Shown: positions 24,432 to 33,453, counted from the first letter of the stretch. The stretch is DNA of 33,453 bases from an uncultured bacterium (GCA_965369435.1 CBDURI010000003.1:1-33453); one strand, 5' to 3'. Notes: a model not told the origin generated them from the letters alone. A program made the numbers and translations.

Positions 24432-25181
24432 ATGAGCAAGGTGCGCGTAGTCTTGCGGGCCGGGGCCTTCGTTGGCTTCTCTGCGGGGATCCTCACAACC
24501 TATGAGGCAAGGCGAGCGCTGACCCCGGCAGAAGGTCAGGAACGCCTCGGGAGCCGATACCTCGCTCGACTGACCGACGGCCTGTTGCGGATCTTCGGTG
24601 CGGAGCTCTTGGTGCAGGGGCAGCACACACGCCAAGGCGGGGCGCTGGTCGTAGCGAACCACCAAAGCGCGCTCGATATCGGGGTGATGCTCTCACTGTT
24701 TCAGGGTGTGCTCCTCAGCCGACACGATGTCGCCGATTGGCCGCTACTCGGTCGCTTGGCGAAGCATGGCGATACGATCTTCGTCGACCGCGAAGACCGG
24801 CGGAGCGGAGCTGCAGCGCTCCGGGAGATTCGTAGGCGCGTAAAGGAAGGGCGCACGGTCGTCGCCTTCCCCGAAGGAGGAACCTCTCCAGGCGACTCCG
24901 TCCTCGAGTTTCACCCGGGCACCTTTGCTGCCGTGCGCTCGCTCGACGTTCCCATCATCCCCGTCGGAATCGCCTACTCGCCCGCGATTCCTTTCGAGAA
25001 AGAATCGTTCCCCAAACACATGGCCAAGATCGCCGCACGCCCACGGACTCGAATCGCCGTCCACCTCGGCGAACCGCTACCTCCGAGCCCGGACGCGCGT
25101 TCGGCTGCGGAGGCCGCGCGAAGCCGAGTCGAAGGGCTCGTGGCGGATGGAAGGCGCGTGCTCGACCATGTTCCGGACTGA
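24432..25181 (+). CDS. Lysophospholipid / 1-acyl-sn-glycerol-3-phosphate acyltransferase (PlsC family)
   Basis: ANHQSALDI (HX4D), IFVDR, FPEGG and PIIPVGIAY motifs; start reassigned to ATG 24432. Confidence 0.9.
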   Translation: MSKVRVVLRAGAFVGFSAGILTTYEARRALTPAEGQERLGSRYLARLTDGLLRIFGAELLVQGQHTRQGGALVVANHQSALDIGVMLSLFQGVLLSRHDVADWPLLGRLAKHGDTIFVDREDRRSGAAALREIRRRVKEGRTVVAFPEGGTSPGDSVLEFHPGTFAAVRSLDVPIIPVGIAYSPAIPFEKESFPKHMAKIAARPRTRIAVHLGEPLPPSPDARSAAEAARSRVEGLVADGRRVLDHVPD

Positions 25182-25254
25182 ATTCAGGGGTGCCAGGTGG
25201 CGGCTCTGCCAGCTTCTGGGCGGGCGGCGCCCTCTTCGCTAGGATCGGACGGTC

Positions 25255-26889
25255 ATGGTTCGTCTCATCCGCCAATCGAAGGAACCCGTACCCAATCAGG
25301 ATAAGGGTGCATGGGAGTTGGTTCCGAGCGCCTTGTGGGACCTCGACTTTCGCGGCCCACTCGAGTGGATCGAAGCGCAGGGATGCCACGATGCGGACGA
25401 GTTCAAGGCTCTGGTTCGAAAGGATCCGGGTGCGCTCACCGAGTGCCTCCATCGAACGCGGATTCATCGGGTCAGTGCAGGCGCGGTCTCGCTAGTTGGC
25501 GCCGCAAGCGCGGAAGAGTGCATTCGCCGCTCGCTCGAGCTGCTGACCGCCGAGTCCAAGGCCGATTTCCTGCGCGTACTGATGGCGGCCTTCCGCAAGG
25601 AGCGGGACGTCCATCTCGAAACCGCGATCATGAGCTGCTCGGGAGAACCAAGGGACATTCGCGTACACTGGCGGTTCGTCGAGGACGGCGAGGGACGGTT
25701 CGAACGTGCCATCGCCGCGGTCGTCGACATGACGGCAGAGCGCGAGCTTCAACAGCGACTGTTGCTGGCGGAACGCATGTCGGCGATCGGCACGCTGACC
25801 GCAAGCATCATTCACGAGATCAAGAATCCGCTCACGTTCGTCTGGAGCCACCTTCGCTCGCTTCGGGATTCCGGGGAGCCGTCACCGAGCGAAGCGGCAC
25901 GGCTGGTCCGCGAGGCCTATGAGGGCGCCGAACGAATTCGACTAATTACCAATGAAATCACATTCTTATCTCACGGCGGAGACGGCGCCGAGGTCGAGAC
26001 CGTCAATCTGAAACAGGTCCTCGATTCCGTGATCCGGATGGCGCAGCCCGAGACGCAGCACCGGGCGACGGTGGTGCGTGAATACGAGGACGGCAGCCTG
26101 CACATCCGTGGCTCGCAGACGCGCGTCAGTCAGGTGTTTCTGAATCTGATCGTCAACGCCGCGCAGGCGATCGACCCGGGCGACCGAATGCAAAATACGA
26201 TCACCGTCCGAGCACGGATCACCGACAAGGACCGCGTGTGCATCGAGGTGCAGGACACCGGACCGGGGATCTCCTCGCAACTTCTGCGACGCATCTTCGA
26301 CCCCTTCGTGACGACGAAGCCTGCCGGACGCGGAACCGGGCTCGGCCTTTCGATCTGTCGCAGAATCGTGCACTCACTCGAGGGCACGATCGAGATCCAG
26401 AGCCACCCCGGGCAAGGCACCGTGGCTCGCGTCGTGCTGCCGAGAGCGGCGAAAGCACAACGACCGTTGACCGTGCCACCTCCGTCGATGAGCGCGATCC
26501 GGCGGGCGGCCCGAGGAAAGCTGTCGGTTCTGGTGGTCGATGATGAACCCGTGATTGCGAGGCTCATTCAGAAGGCACTCGTCGATCACGACGTGACGAC
26601 CGCCCACGATGGAAGAGAGGCGGTCGCCTTGATGGCGGAGAACGCGTACGACGTGATTCTATGCGACCTGATCATGCCTGAGATGACGGGTATGGATGTC
26701 TACCGAGCTGCCCTCCAGCGGGAAACCCCGGTGAACGAGCGAATCGTCTTCATGACCGGCGGCGCCTTTACCCAGCGCGCCCGCGACTTCCTCCAAAGCG
26801 TCCCAAATCTCCGAATTGAAAAGCCTTTTGACCTCACGCACCTCGAACGCACCATCTACGAAGCCGCCGACCTCGTAGACCCTAGGTGA
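25255..26889 (+). CDS. Cytoplasmic hybrid histidine kinase (PAS-like, HisKA, HATPase, REC)
   Basis: PAS/PAC-like N-terminus ending VVDMTAER; H-box IIHEIKNPL; QVFLNLIVNA, DTGPGI, GTGLGL; REC LVVDDE..ILCDLIMPEMTG..FMTG..KPF. Confidence 0.92.
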   Translation: MVRLIRQSKEPVPNQDKGAWELVPSALWDLDFRGPLEWIEAQGCHDADEFKALVRKDPGALTECLHRTRIHRVSAGAVSLVGAASAEECIRRSLELLTAESKADFLRVLMAAFRKERDVHLETAIMSCSGEPRDIRVHWRFVEDGEGRFERAIAAVVDMTAERELQQRLLLAERMSAIGTLTASIIHEIKNPLTFVWSHLRSLRDSGEPSPSEAARLVREAYEGAERIRLITNEITFLSHGGDGAEVETVNLKQVLDSVIRMAQPETQHRATVVREYEDGSLHIRGSQTRVSQVFLNLIVNAAQAIDPGDRMQNTITVRARITDKDRVCIEVQDTGPGISSQLLRRIFDPFVTTKPAGRGTGLGLSICRRIVHSLEGTIEIQSHPGQGTVARVVLPRAAKAQRPLTVPPPSMSAIRRAARGKLSVLVVDDEPVIARLIQKALVDHDVTTAHDGREAVALMAENAYDVILCDLIMPEMTGMDVYRAALQRETPVNERIVFMTGGAFTQRARDFLQSVPNLRIEKPFDLTHLERTIYEAADLVDPR

Positions 26890-26905
26890 TAGCGTGGCCC
26901 AAGAC

Positions 26906-28288
26906 ATGGCTAGGCAGCGCATGATGGTCATAGGGCTCGACTGCGCTGCGCCCCGGCTGGTGTTCGAGCGATACCGCGACGCGATGCCGAACCTGCGCGC
27001 CCTGATGGAGCGCGGCACCTGGGGCCCACTTCGAAGCTCGGAGCCGCCGATCACGGTTCCGGCGTGGACGTGCATGGTGTCGGGCCGCGACGCTGGCGAG
27101 CTGGGGCTGTACGGGTTTCGAAACCGGGTCCCTGGCGAGACTCGACTGCGCATGGTGGACAGTCGCGATGTGCGGCTGAAACGCGTCTGGGATTGGTTGG
27201 GCGAGCATGGGCAGCGGGTAGCCCCCCTTTTCGTTCCACTCACCTCGCCGCCGACGCCGGTGCGCGGCCAGATGGTGTCCGGCTTCATGTGGCCGGGCAG
27301 CGATGCTCCGTGGTGCTTCCCACGGGGGCTCGAGGCCGAGCTCGTAGACCGATTCGGACCCTATCTCGCGGATGTCGGGAACTTTCGCGCGAACGATCTG
27401 GACCGAATCTATCGAGACATCGTCACGATGACCGCACAGCACGTCGACATCGCGGCGCACGTGTGGAGCGAGAAGCGGCCGGACTTCATGATGATGGTGG
27501 AGATCGGAGTCGACCGATTTCATCACGCGTTCTGGCGCCATATCGATCCGGAGCACCCGCGCCACGAGCCCGGCAACCAGTGGGAACACCTGGGCCGCGA
27601 GTACTATCAGCTCCTCGATACCCACATCGGGCGGCTCTGCGGCCTCGCCGACCGACACACCACGATGCTGGTGGTGAGCGACCACGGAGCCCGCGCGATG
27701 CATGGGGGCTTCTGTATCAACGAATGGTTGATCCGGCAGGGTTACTTGGTGCTTCGAGAGCCGCCCACGGCGCCTTCACCGCTCGACCATGGGCTCGTCG
27801 ATTGGAAACGCACAACGGCATGGGCCGAGGGCGGCTACTACGGCAGGGTCTTCTTGAACGTCGCCGGTCGAGAGCCGGACGGAACGATCGCGCCGACCGA
27901 GCTCCGCGCCGTTCGCAGAAAGCTTCGCGCGGAGCTCGAGAACCTGCGGGACGACGAGAACAACCCCGTCCCAGTAGCGGTCCGCATCCCCGAAGAGCAC
28001 TACCGGCAGGTCCGAGGCCTGCCTCCGGACCTGATGGTGTACTTCGACGATCTGAAGCTGCGCGCCATCGGGTCGATCGGGGGTGATCAAATCGTCGCCA
28101 CCCACAACGACACCGGACCCGACAGCTGCAACCACGACTGGAACGGAATCTTCGTGATGAGCGGAGGCGGGACGCCGGCGCGGGGACATATCGAGGGAGC
28201 CGAGATCTACGACGTGACGCCAACCATCTTGGGCGCGTTCGGGGTGCCCAGGCCACCGGGAATTTTGGGGAGAGACTGGTCCCAGTGA
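26906..28288 (+). CDS. Alkaline phosphatase superfamily protein (type I phosphodiesterase / nucleotide pyrophosphatase)
   Basis: VIGLDCA, PPITVPAW (Thr nucleophile), DRFHH, VSDHG, NDTGPDSCNHDWNG and IYDVTPTIL; no signal peptide. Start at ATG 26906 or GTG 26894. Confidence 0.88.
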   Translation: MARQRMMVIGLDCAAPRLVFERYRDAMPNLRALMERGTWGPLRSSEPPITVPAWTCMVSGRDAGELGLYGFRNRVPGETRLRMVDSRDVRLKRVWDWLGEHGQRVAPLFVPLTSPPTPVRGQMVSGFMWPGSDAPWCFPRGLEAELVDRFGPYLADVGNFRANDLDRIYRDIVTMTAQHVDIAAHVWSEKRPDFMMMVEIGVDRFHHAFWRHIDPEHPRHEPGNQWEHLGREYYQLLDTHIGRLCGLADRHTTMLVVSDHGARAMHGGFCINEWLIRQGYLVLREPPTAPSPLDHGLVDWKRTTAWAEGGYYGRVFLNVAGREPDGTIAPTELRAVRRKLRAELENLRDDENNPVPVAVRIPEEHYRQVRGLPPDLMVYFDDLKLRAIGSIGGDQIVATHNDTGPDSCNHDWNGIFVMSGGGTPARGHIEGAEIYDVTPTILGAFGVPRPPGILGRDWSQ

Positions 28289-28319
28289 CCGCGAGTGGGT
28301 GACGCGCTAGCCTCCCGGA

Positions 28320-30005
28320 ATGACGGCTCGCGCGCTCGTGGTGGGGTTGGACGGCTTCGACCTGAAGCTGGTCCAGCAATTCGGGCCGGAGCATCTTCCC
28401 AATCTTCACGCTCTCATGGCACGCGGCGTGTTCGCTGCGCTCGAGTCGGTGCAGCCGCCAGCCACCCTACCCAACTGGACAACCTTCCTCACGGGGGTCG
28501 ACCCGGCTCGCCACGGGGTCTTCGACTTCACCACGCGCAAGGGATACCAGGTTCGGTTCACGGCCGGGACCGCACGGGAAGTGCCGACGGTGTTCAAACA
28601 GCTCGATCAACTCGGGCTTCGATGCGCGTGTCTGAGCTTTCCTGCGACTTGGCCTCCCGAAGAGCTCGAGCACGGGGTTTTCGCAAGTGGCTGGGACGCA
28701 CCGGTGGCGTTCGAAGCGGATCGAACGTTCATGTGGCCGCCATCACTCTACGACGAGACGGTGCAGAAGTTCGGCGCTCCGACCTTCGACGATGTGGACG
28801 AGTTCCACGCGGACGCGCCCGGCTGGGTCGACCGGTTGCCTGTCGCCTTAGAGCGTCGCGTCGCCCGCAAGGCCGAGTGGGCTCGATGGTTGTTGGAGCG
28901 GCAGGACTGGGATGTCTTCGCGGTGTATTTTGGCGAAAGCGACACAGCGTCGCACTACCTGTGGGCACACCACGACCCGGAATCGCCGCGCCGGCCCGAT
29001 ACGGTTTCGGCCACACAGCGAGGTGGGCTCCTTCGAGTCTACCAGGCGCTCGACCGGGCCGTGGGCTCGCTCTTGGAGGCGGCCGGCGGCGACCAAACCG
29101 AGGTCACGGTGCTCAGCGACCACGGGTCGGGCGGCTCATCGAACAAGGTGCTCTACCTCAATCGCCTCCTCGGGGAGCACGGCCTGCTTCGGTTCCGAAA
29201 GCAACGCGGCCCGGGAGGCGCCGGTCTGAAGGAGATCGCGCTTCGGCGCTTTCCACCGCGTCTCCGCGAGCGGGTGTTCCGATGGGGCAACGCGTGGCTC
29301 CCCAGTCGCCTGGAATCGAACGTGCGGTTCGGCGCGATCGATATGGGCAACACGGTCGCGTTCAGCGACGAGCTGAACTACTTCCCCGGCATCTATCTCA
29401 ATATGGCTGGCCGGGAGCCGCGCGGCATCGTTCGGCCGGATGAGAGGCGAGCAACGATGCTCCAGGTACGGGCGGCACTGCTCGACACTCGCGATCCGTG
29501 GAGCGGCGAGCCCGTATTCGCAAACGTGATCCCCCGCGAGGAGCTCTTCGAGGGCCCTCACCTCGAACGCGCACCGGATCTCCTTCTCGATCTCCACCTC
29601 GACGACGGCTACTCCTATAACCTGATGCCAAGCTCGCCCCGGCTGCGGCAAAGTCGCCTCACCGGACCCTTCAGAAAGCTCCTAGAGGACGAAAAGCTGG
29701 GCAAGAAGGGTCGGAGCCTCCCCGGAAGTCATCGCTCGCACGGTTTCATGACCCTTGCCGGACCAAGCGTGCAACGAGCAGGGCAGATCGACGCGCACAT
29801 CGCAGATCTGACCGCGACGCTCCTCTCACGGCTGGGCCTCTCGGTGCCGCCTTCATTCAGGGGGCGCGTTCTTTGGGAGGCTCTGGGCCAGGACCAAAGC
29901 GCACCGACGCTGGCGCTCCCGAAGGCCGGCCCGGTCGCACCACGCGCGACGCGAAACGAGGGACTCGTCGAGTCGCGGCTCCGTGCACTGGGGTACATCG
30001 AGTGA
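28320..30005 (+). CDS. Second alkaline phosphatase superfamily (NPP-type) protein with a C-terminal LRALGY motif
   Basis: VVGLDG, PPATLPNWTTF, HGVFDF, DTASH, LSDHG, GSHRSHG, IADLTAT and terminal ESRLRALGYIE; no signal peptide. Confidence 0.88.
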   Translation: MTARALVVGLDGFDLKLVQQFGPEHLPNLHALMARGVFAALESVQPPATLPNWTTFLTGVDPARHGVFDFTTRKGYQVRFTAGTAREVPTVFKQLDQLGLRCACLSFPATWPPEELEHGVFASGWDAPVAFEADRTFMWPPSLYDETVQKFGAPTFDDVDEFHADAPGWVDRLPVALERRVARKAEWARWLLERQDWDVFAVYFGESDTASHYLWAHHDPESPRRPDTVSATQRGGLLRVYQALDRAVGSLLEAAGGDQTEVTVLSDHGSGGSSNKVLYLNRLLGEHGLLRFRKQRGPGGAGLKEIALRRFPPRLRERVFRWGNAWLPSRLESNVRFGAIDMGNTVAFSDELNYFPGIYLNMAGREPRGIVRPDERRATMLQVRAALLDTRDPWSGEPVFANVIPREELFEGPHLERAPDLLLDLHLDDGYSYNLMPSSPRLRQSRLTGPFRKLLEDEKLGKKGRSLPGSHRSHGFMTLAGPSVQRAGQIDAHIADLTATLLSRLGLSVPPSFRGRVLWEALGQDQSAPTLALPKAGPVAPRATRNEGLVESRLRALGYIE

Positions 30006-31174
30006 TCCTTCACGTCGCGTGCCTCCCCTTCCCGAGCTACCAGGGGACCCAGGCCGCACTGGCCGCCATGCTGGAAGCGTCCGCAAGCAGCGGTCAAACC
30101 CATTTGTTGGCCTACGCGGAAGCGGGATACGAGCTCGACGCGCCCTACGAGGTCCACCGTATCCCGGACTTCCCCAAGGTGCGCTCGCTGAGGTCGGGGC
30201 CTTCGTGGGGCAAGATCGGGCTCGACGCTCGGTGCGTCTTCGAAATCCGCAGACTGGCAAAGCGCCTGCGCCCCGAGGCCATCGTAGCCCACCACATCGA
30301 AGCGGCGATCGCAGCGCTCGCGGCACGGGCCGCCCCTGTCTATTACGTTGCGCACACTTCCCTCGCCCGCGAACTCCCTGTGTACTTCCCCTCGACGCCC
30401 ACGCACCTCGTCAGCGGAGTCGCGAAGCAGGCCGAGCAGGCCGTGTGTGCGCGTGCCGCCGGTGTCGCAGCGGTCGCTCCTTCGCTGGCCCGGCTCCTCG
30501 GGCAACGCACGCACTACCTGCCGGTCCCGTGGACGGTACCGGCCGCGCCTCGACCGACACGCAGTGCAGCACGGGACGCGCTCGGCCTCCCCGATAACGC
30601 GCACATTTGCCTCTACGCGGGCAACCTCGATCCATACCAGGGCTGGGAACACCTCATCGAAGCCCTGGCCCTCCTGCGACACCGCGATCCAACGGCGCAA
30701 CTGCTCGTAGCCACCGAGTCCGACCCTGCGCCTGTCCGGCAACACGCACAGCGCAGAGGCGTCGTCGATGCCATCCATGTCCGCGGGATCGACGGGGAGC
30801 GGGCCCGTGAGCTCGCGCACGCGGCTGCTGACCTCGGCTGGGTGCCACGACGAACCGAAGGAGGCCTCCCGGTCAAGATGCTCGATGCCTTCGCCCGGGA
30901 GCTACCGGTGGTCGCCATGGAACGGGCCACCGCCGCGCTTCCGTTACAGCATGCCTGCGTCACCGTGCCCAACGACGACGCTCACGCGCTGGCCGGAGCG
31001 GCCCACCGCCTCTTCATGGAAGACTACGCCCGCGACGCGCTCCGCCGAGAGGCGCGCCGATACCTCGCGACACACCATTGTGTCGACGCCTACGCCGTCG
31101 CGATGCACGAGCTCTTGGGCCGCCACGCGGTGTCAACATACGCGCCAACACGCCTATTATTGGATCCAAACTGA
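30002..31174 (+). CDS. Glycosyltransferase family 4 (GT-B)
   Basis: GTG 30002 overlaps the previous stop (GTGA); ILHVACLPFPSYQG, YAGNLDPYQG and PRRTEGGLPVKMLDAFA..LPVVA motifs. Confidence 0.85.
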   Translation: MILHVACLPFPSYQGTQAALAAMLEASASSGQTHLLAYAEAGYELDAPYEVHRIPDFPKVRSLRSGPSWGKIGLDARCVFEIRRLAKRLRPEAIVAHHIEAAIAALAARAAPVYYVAHTSLARELPVYFPSTPTHLVSGVAKQAEQAVCARAAGVAAVAPSLARLLGQRTHYLPVPWTVPAAPRPTRSAARDALGLPDNAHICLYAGNLDPYQGWEHLIEALALLRHRDPTAQLLVATESDPAPVRQHAQRRGVVDAIHVRGIDGERARELAHAAADLGWVPRRTEGGLPVKMLDAFARELPVVAMERATAALPLQHACVTVPNDDAHALAGAAHRLFMEDYARDALRREARRYLATHHCVDAYAVAMHELLGRHAVSTYAPTRLLLDPN

Positions 31175-31220
31175 GCGCACCAAGTACCATTTTCTTCCCT
31201 GCTCGCGTCGGAAAGACAAC

Positions 31221-33452
31221 ATGGTCGGCCACTTGGACGAATCGCTCTCATACGCCCGAAAACGCGCTAACTCCGGTGTTCCGCATCTCCTCCTCGGTGG
31301 AGAGCTCGACGTGGAAACCCCGGCTTTGGCTGAGCTGACGGCGGCCGCCGCGGCACTCGCGATCGGCGCGAAACGCAAAGCCCTGCTACCGCTCGCGACG
31401 GCCGCGATCGAGTACGCGCTGGTTCGCCGCGGCGACTCGGTCTTGGTCAGCTGCTACGGCACTGCCAGCGCGCCGGTCGTCTACCAGCTCGACCGCGCGG
31501 TCCCGCTCCGGCGATTGCTGGACATCTGTGCACACTCGATGCTCGAGATGGCGGGGCAGGAGGCCGACCCGACCGCCCGGCAGATCGCGATCCGCGTCGC
31601 CGAACGGGCACTGGCCACCAAGATCAAGCCCGACCCCGAAGGACTCATCGCACCGATAAACCAGCGTGGCGGAGAGCTGGACGCGCCAGGCGAGCACGTG
31701 CCGCTCGCCTTTGGATACGAGGCCGCGGTCTATCCTTCCTCCTCGTCTGCCCAGGGTCGATCCGCGCGAGCCGACGTACATGCATTACTTTTCGAGGGCC
31801 ACCTGTGGGCCTTCGTACGAGGACGCCGGCTCTCCCTGGTGCGGGGACCGATCATGCTGGCCGCCCATCGGATGGTCGTCGCGGTGCGAACCATCGTCGA
31901 TTCGTGGGACAGCAGCCGCCCAACACATGTGCGTCTTCGAGCAGGTGGCTTTCAGATCGCCATGCGCAAATCGGCCCACCAACTCGTCAGCGTGGAGCTC
32001 TCCTCCGAGGGGCGTGGCGACCTGACCGCCACCTCCCTGACCATCGCCGAAGCGGCCCTGCCGATCCTCAAGCTCGCGGGCGATCTACTCCGAAGCCTAG
32101 TCGCTTCGGACCGCGGTCAGAGCCGAAACCTCCGCGTCCGTGGGCTTCGCCAAGAGATCCGAGCGCTCCGCCGGGAGATCCGTGCCCGCCGAAGCGCCGA
32201 TAGCTTCGTCAATCTCGACCCCGACCGCCTCCGCATTCACGACAGCGGCGAGTCCGACGGGGCCGAGGCACCGAGCGCACTGCCTTCCCTACAATTCGAG
32301 GAGCGTTGGCGCATCTGCCTCGAGGGTCTCGATGCCAACGCGGTGTTCATGTGCGGAGACCGTCTGGTGATCGCGACTCAAACCCACGTAGTCGCCGTGT
32401 CGCGTGACGACGGCCAGGTGCTGTGGGCGCGCCCGGGTCAGGCATCGACGACCTTGATGGCCGGGTCGGTCCTGATCCGTCTGTCCGCCGACGGCGAAGT
32501 CGAGCTGTGCAACGTCGAGGATGGCGAACCCTATTGCACCACACAGATCACGCCTCGAATCGGGGGACCGCCCGTTGGCTTGATGGCAGGGGGCGGCAGC
32601 ATCCCGCCCGTCGCGGTGGTTACCGAAGGCAGTCACAGGCTCGTCGCAATCGACGTCCGCACCGGAGAGCCCCGCTGGCGGTTTGCCTCGCGAAGCGGCG
32701 GCGAGTTCCGCATGACCAAGGTCGGCCGCGTACTGCTGGTGACCTGCGGGGAGGAAGCGATCCACGCACTCGACATCGCCACCGGCGAGGACGTCTGGCG
32801 CTTCGCCGAACGCGGATGCTTTCAGTTCAAGCCGCTCGTCAGCAATGACACAGTCATCGCGGCCGCCGTGCGAGGCCCGCGTGAGGGCGCTCTGTTCGCC
32901 ATCGACCTCTACAGCGGCCAACCACGCTGGCAACGTGAGCTTCCTGGTCCACCGACCTCGGATCCCTGCGCCGCCGCCAACGTGGCGCTCGTCTCGACGG
33001 CGGGCGACGAGGCCAACCTCTCCGCACACTGCCTGCAAACCGGCAAGTCGCTTTGGGAAACCAAGGACCCGGGCCTCGGGATCGGTGGCGCAGGATTGGC
33101 CTTCGACGAAACCTGGATCGTGAACGCCCCCTTCGGTCAGCTCAGCGCGCTCGACGTGCGCTCGGGGAATGTCCGGTGGAGCACCAACTTGGCGGACGCG
33201 CTCGCCGATGAGATCCCGCGCCGGCTCGAGCCCGTGCTACGTGGCGGCGCGCTCTTCGTGCCCGCGTCCTCGGTACACGTCGTTCGCCCCGGCGACGGCA
33301 AGAAGCTCTCCGCGAGCGTACCCTGCGACCTCGTCCCCGACCTGATGCGAGTCGACGAACGCGGCTGGGTCTACGTCGCGGAGGAAAGCGGCTACCTCGC
33401 CGGCTACGCGCCGAAGCCCATGCTCACCTTGGTCCGAGGCGGCGCCCGCTAG
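31221..33452 (+). CDS. PQQ-binding-like beta-propeller repeat protein with an uncharacterised N-terminal half
   Basis: Start reassigned to ATG 31221; repeated A.D..TGE..W units (AIDVRTGEPRW, ALDIATGEDVW, AIDLYSGQPRW, ALDVRSGNVRW); no signal peptide. Confidence 0.8.
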   Translation: MVGHLDESLSYARKRANSGVPHLLLGGELDVETPALAELTAAAAALAIGAKRKALLPLATAAIEYALVRRGDSVLVSCYGTASAPVVYQLDRAVPLRRLLDICAHSMLEMAGQEADPTARQIAIRVAERALATKIKPDPEGLIAPINQRGGELDAPGEHVPLAFGYEAAVYPSSSSAQGRSARADVHALLFEGHLWAFVRGRRLSLVRGPIMLAAHRMVVAVRTIVDSWDSSRPTHVRLRAGGFQIAMRKSAHQLVSVELSSEGRGDLTATSLTIAEAALPILKLAGDLLRSLVASDRGQSRNLRVRGLRQEIRALRREIRARRSADSFVNLDPDRLRIHDSGESDGAEAPSALPSLQFEERWRICLEGLDANAVFMCGDRLVIATQTHVVAVSRDDGQVLWARPGQASTTLMAGSVLIRLSADGEVELCNVEDGEPYCTTQITPRIGGPPVGLMAGGGSIPPVAVVTEGSHRLVAIDVRTGEPRWRFASRSGGEFRMTKVGRVLLVTCGEEAIHALDIATGEDVWRFAERGCFQFKPLVSNDTVIAAAVRGPREGALFAIDLYSGQPRWQRELPGPPTSDPCAAANVALVSTAGDEANLSAHCLQTGKSLWETKDPGLGIGGAGLAFDETWIVNAPFGQLSALDVRSGNVRWSTNLADALADEIPRRLEPVLRGGALFVPASSVHVVRPGDGKKLSASVPCDLVPDLMRVDERGWVYVAEESGYLAGYAPKPMLTLVRGGAR

Positions 33453-33453
33453 G

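Noticed and set aside
250-30005. A dedicated nucleotide-scavenging or anti-phage system made of nucleotidase, PNP, Cdd, SMUG1 and NPPs
   Set aside because: The genes are scattered among housekeeping genes in different transcription units and look like canonical salvage and repair enzymes, with no island or mobility signs.
30768-31220. N-terminal 151 aa of the 894-aa ORF
   Set aside because: It overlaps the GT4 gene in another frame; ATG 31221 follows an AT-richer intergenic gap with a -10-like element.
31221-33452. Calling the propeller protein BamB because bamD is nearby
   Set aside because: It has no lipoprotein signal, carries a large extra N-terminal region and lies in a separate transcription unit.

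Overview
This is a GC-rich (roughly 65% by eye), densely coding chromosomal segment that looks like Myxococcota (Polyangia-like). The lineage call is an inference from a zinc-ribbon/TPR protein, a Hanks kinase, a lipoprotein with a CxxxDDDCDG motif and a SMUG1-type glycosylase. About 31 CDSs are supportable. Housekeeping genes: rplU-rpmA, cN-II 5'-nucleotidase, punA-cdd, zapA-5-FTHF cyclo-ligase, uvrC, pyk, cysK, phoH, bamD, yqgE and an acyltransferase. Signalling genes: two histidine kinases, a Ser/Thr kinase and a REC-HPt-REC-REC-degenerate GGDEF protein. There is also a block of two alkaline-phosphatase-superfamily (NPP-type) genes, a GT4 and a PQQ-type propeller protein. I saw no tRNA, rRNA, CRISPR array, transposase or phage gene. 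The most notable signals are: (1) -10 hexamers 6-10 nt upstream of many start codons, suggesting pervasive leaderless transcription; (2) a dispersed NCTGVC hexamer repeat that fills one convergent intergenic gap and also sits in frame in a kinase gene; (3) the cytoplasmic NPP-NPP-GT4 module; (4) a likely c-di-GMP-receptor phosphorelay protein; (5) a pyk-kinase pair; (6) no 6S RNA or obgE at their usual positions. All functional calls come from motif recognition only; no searches were run.
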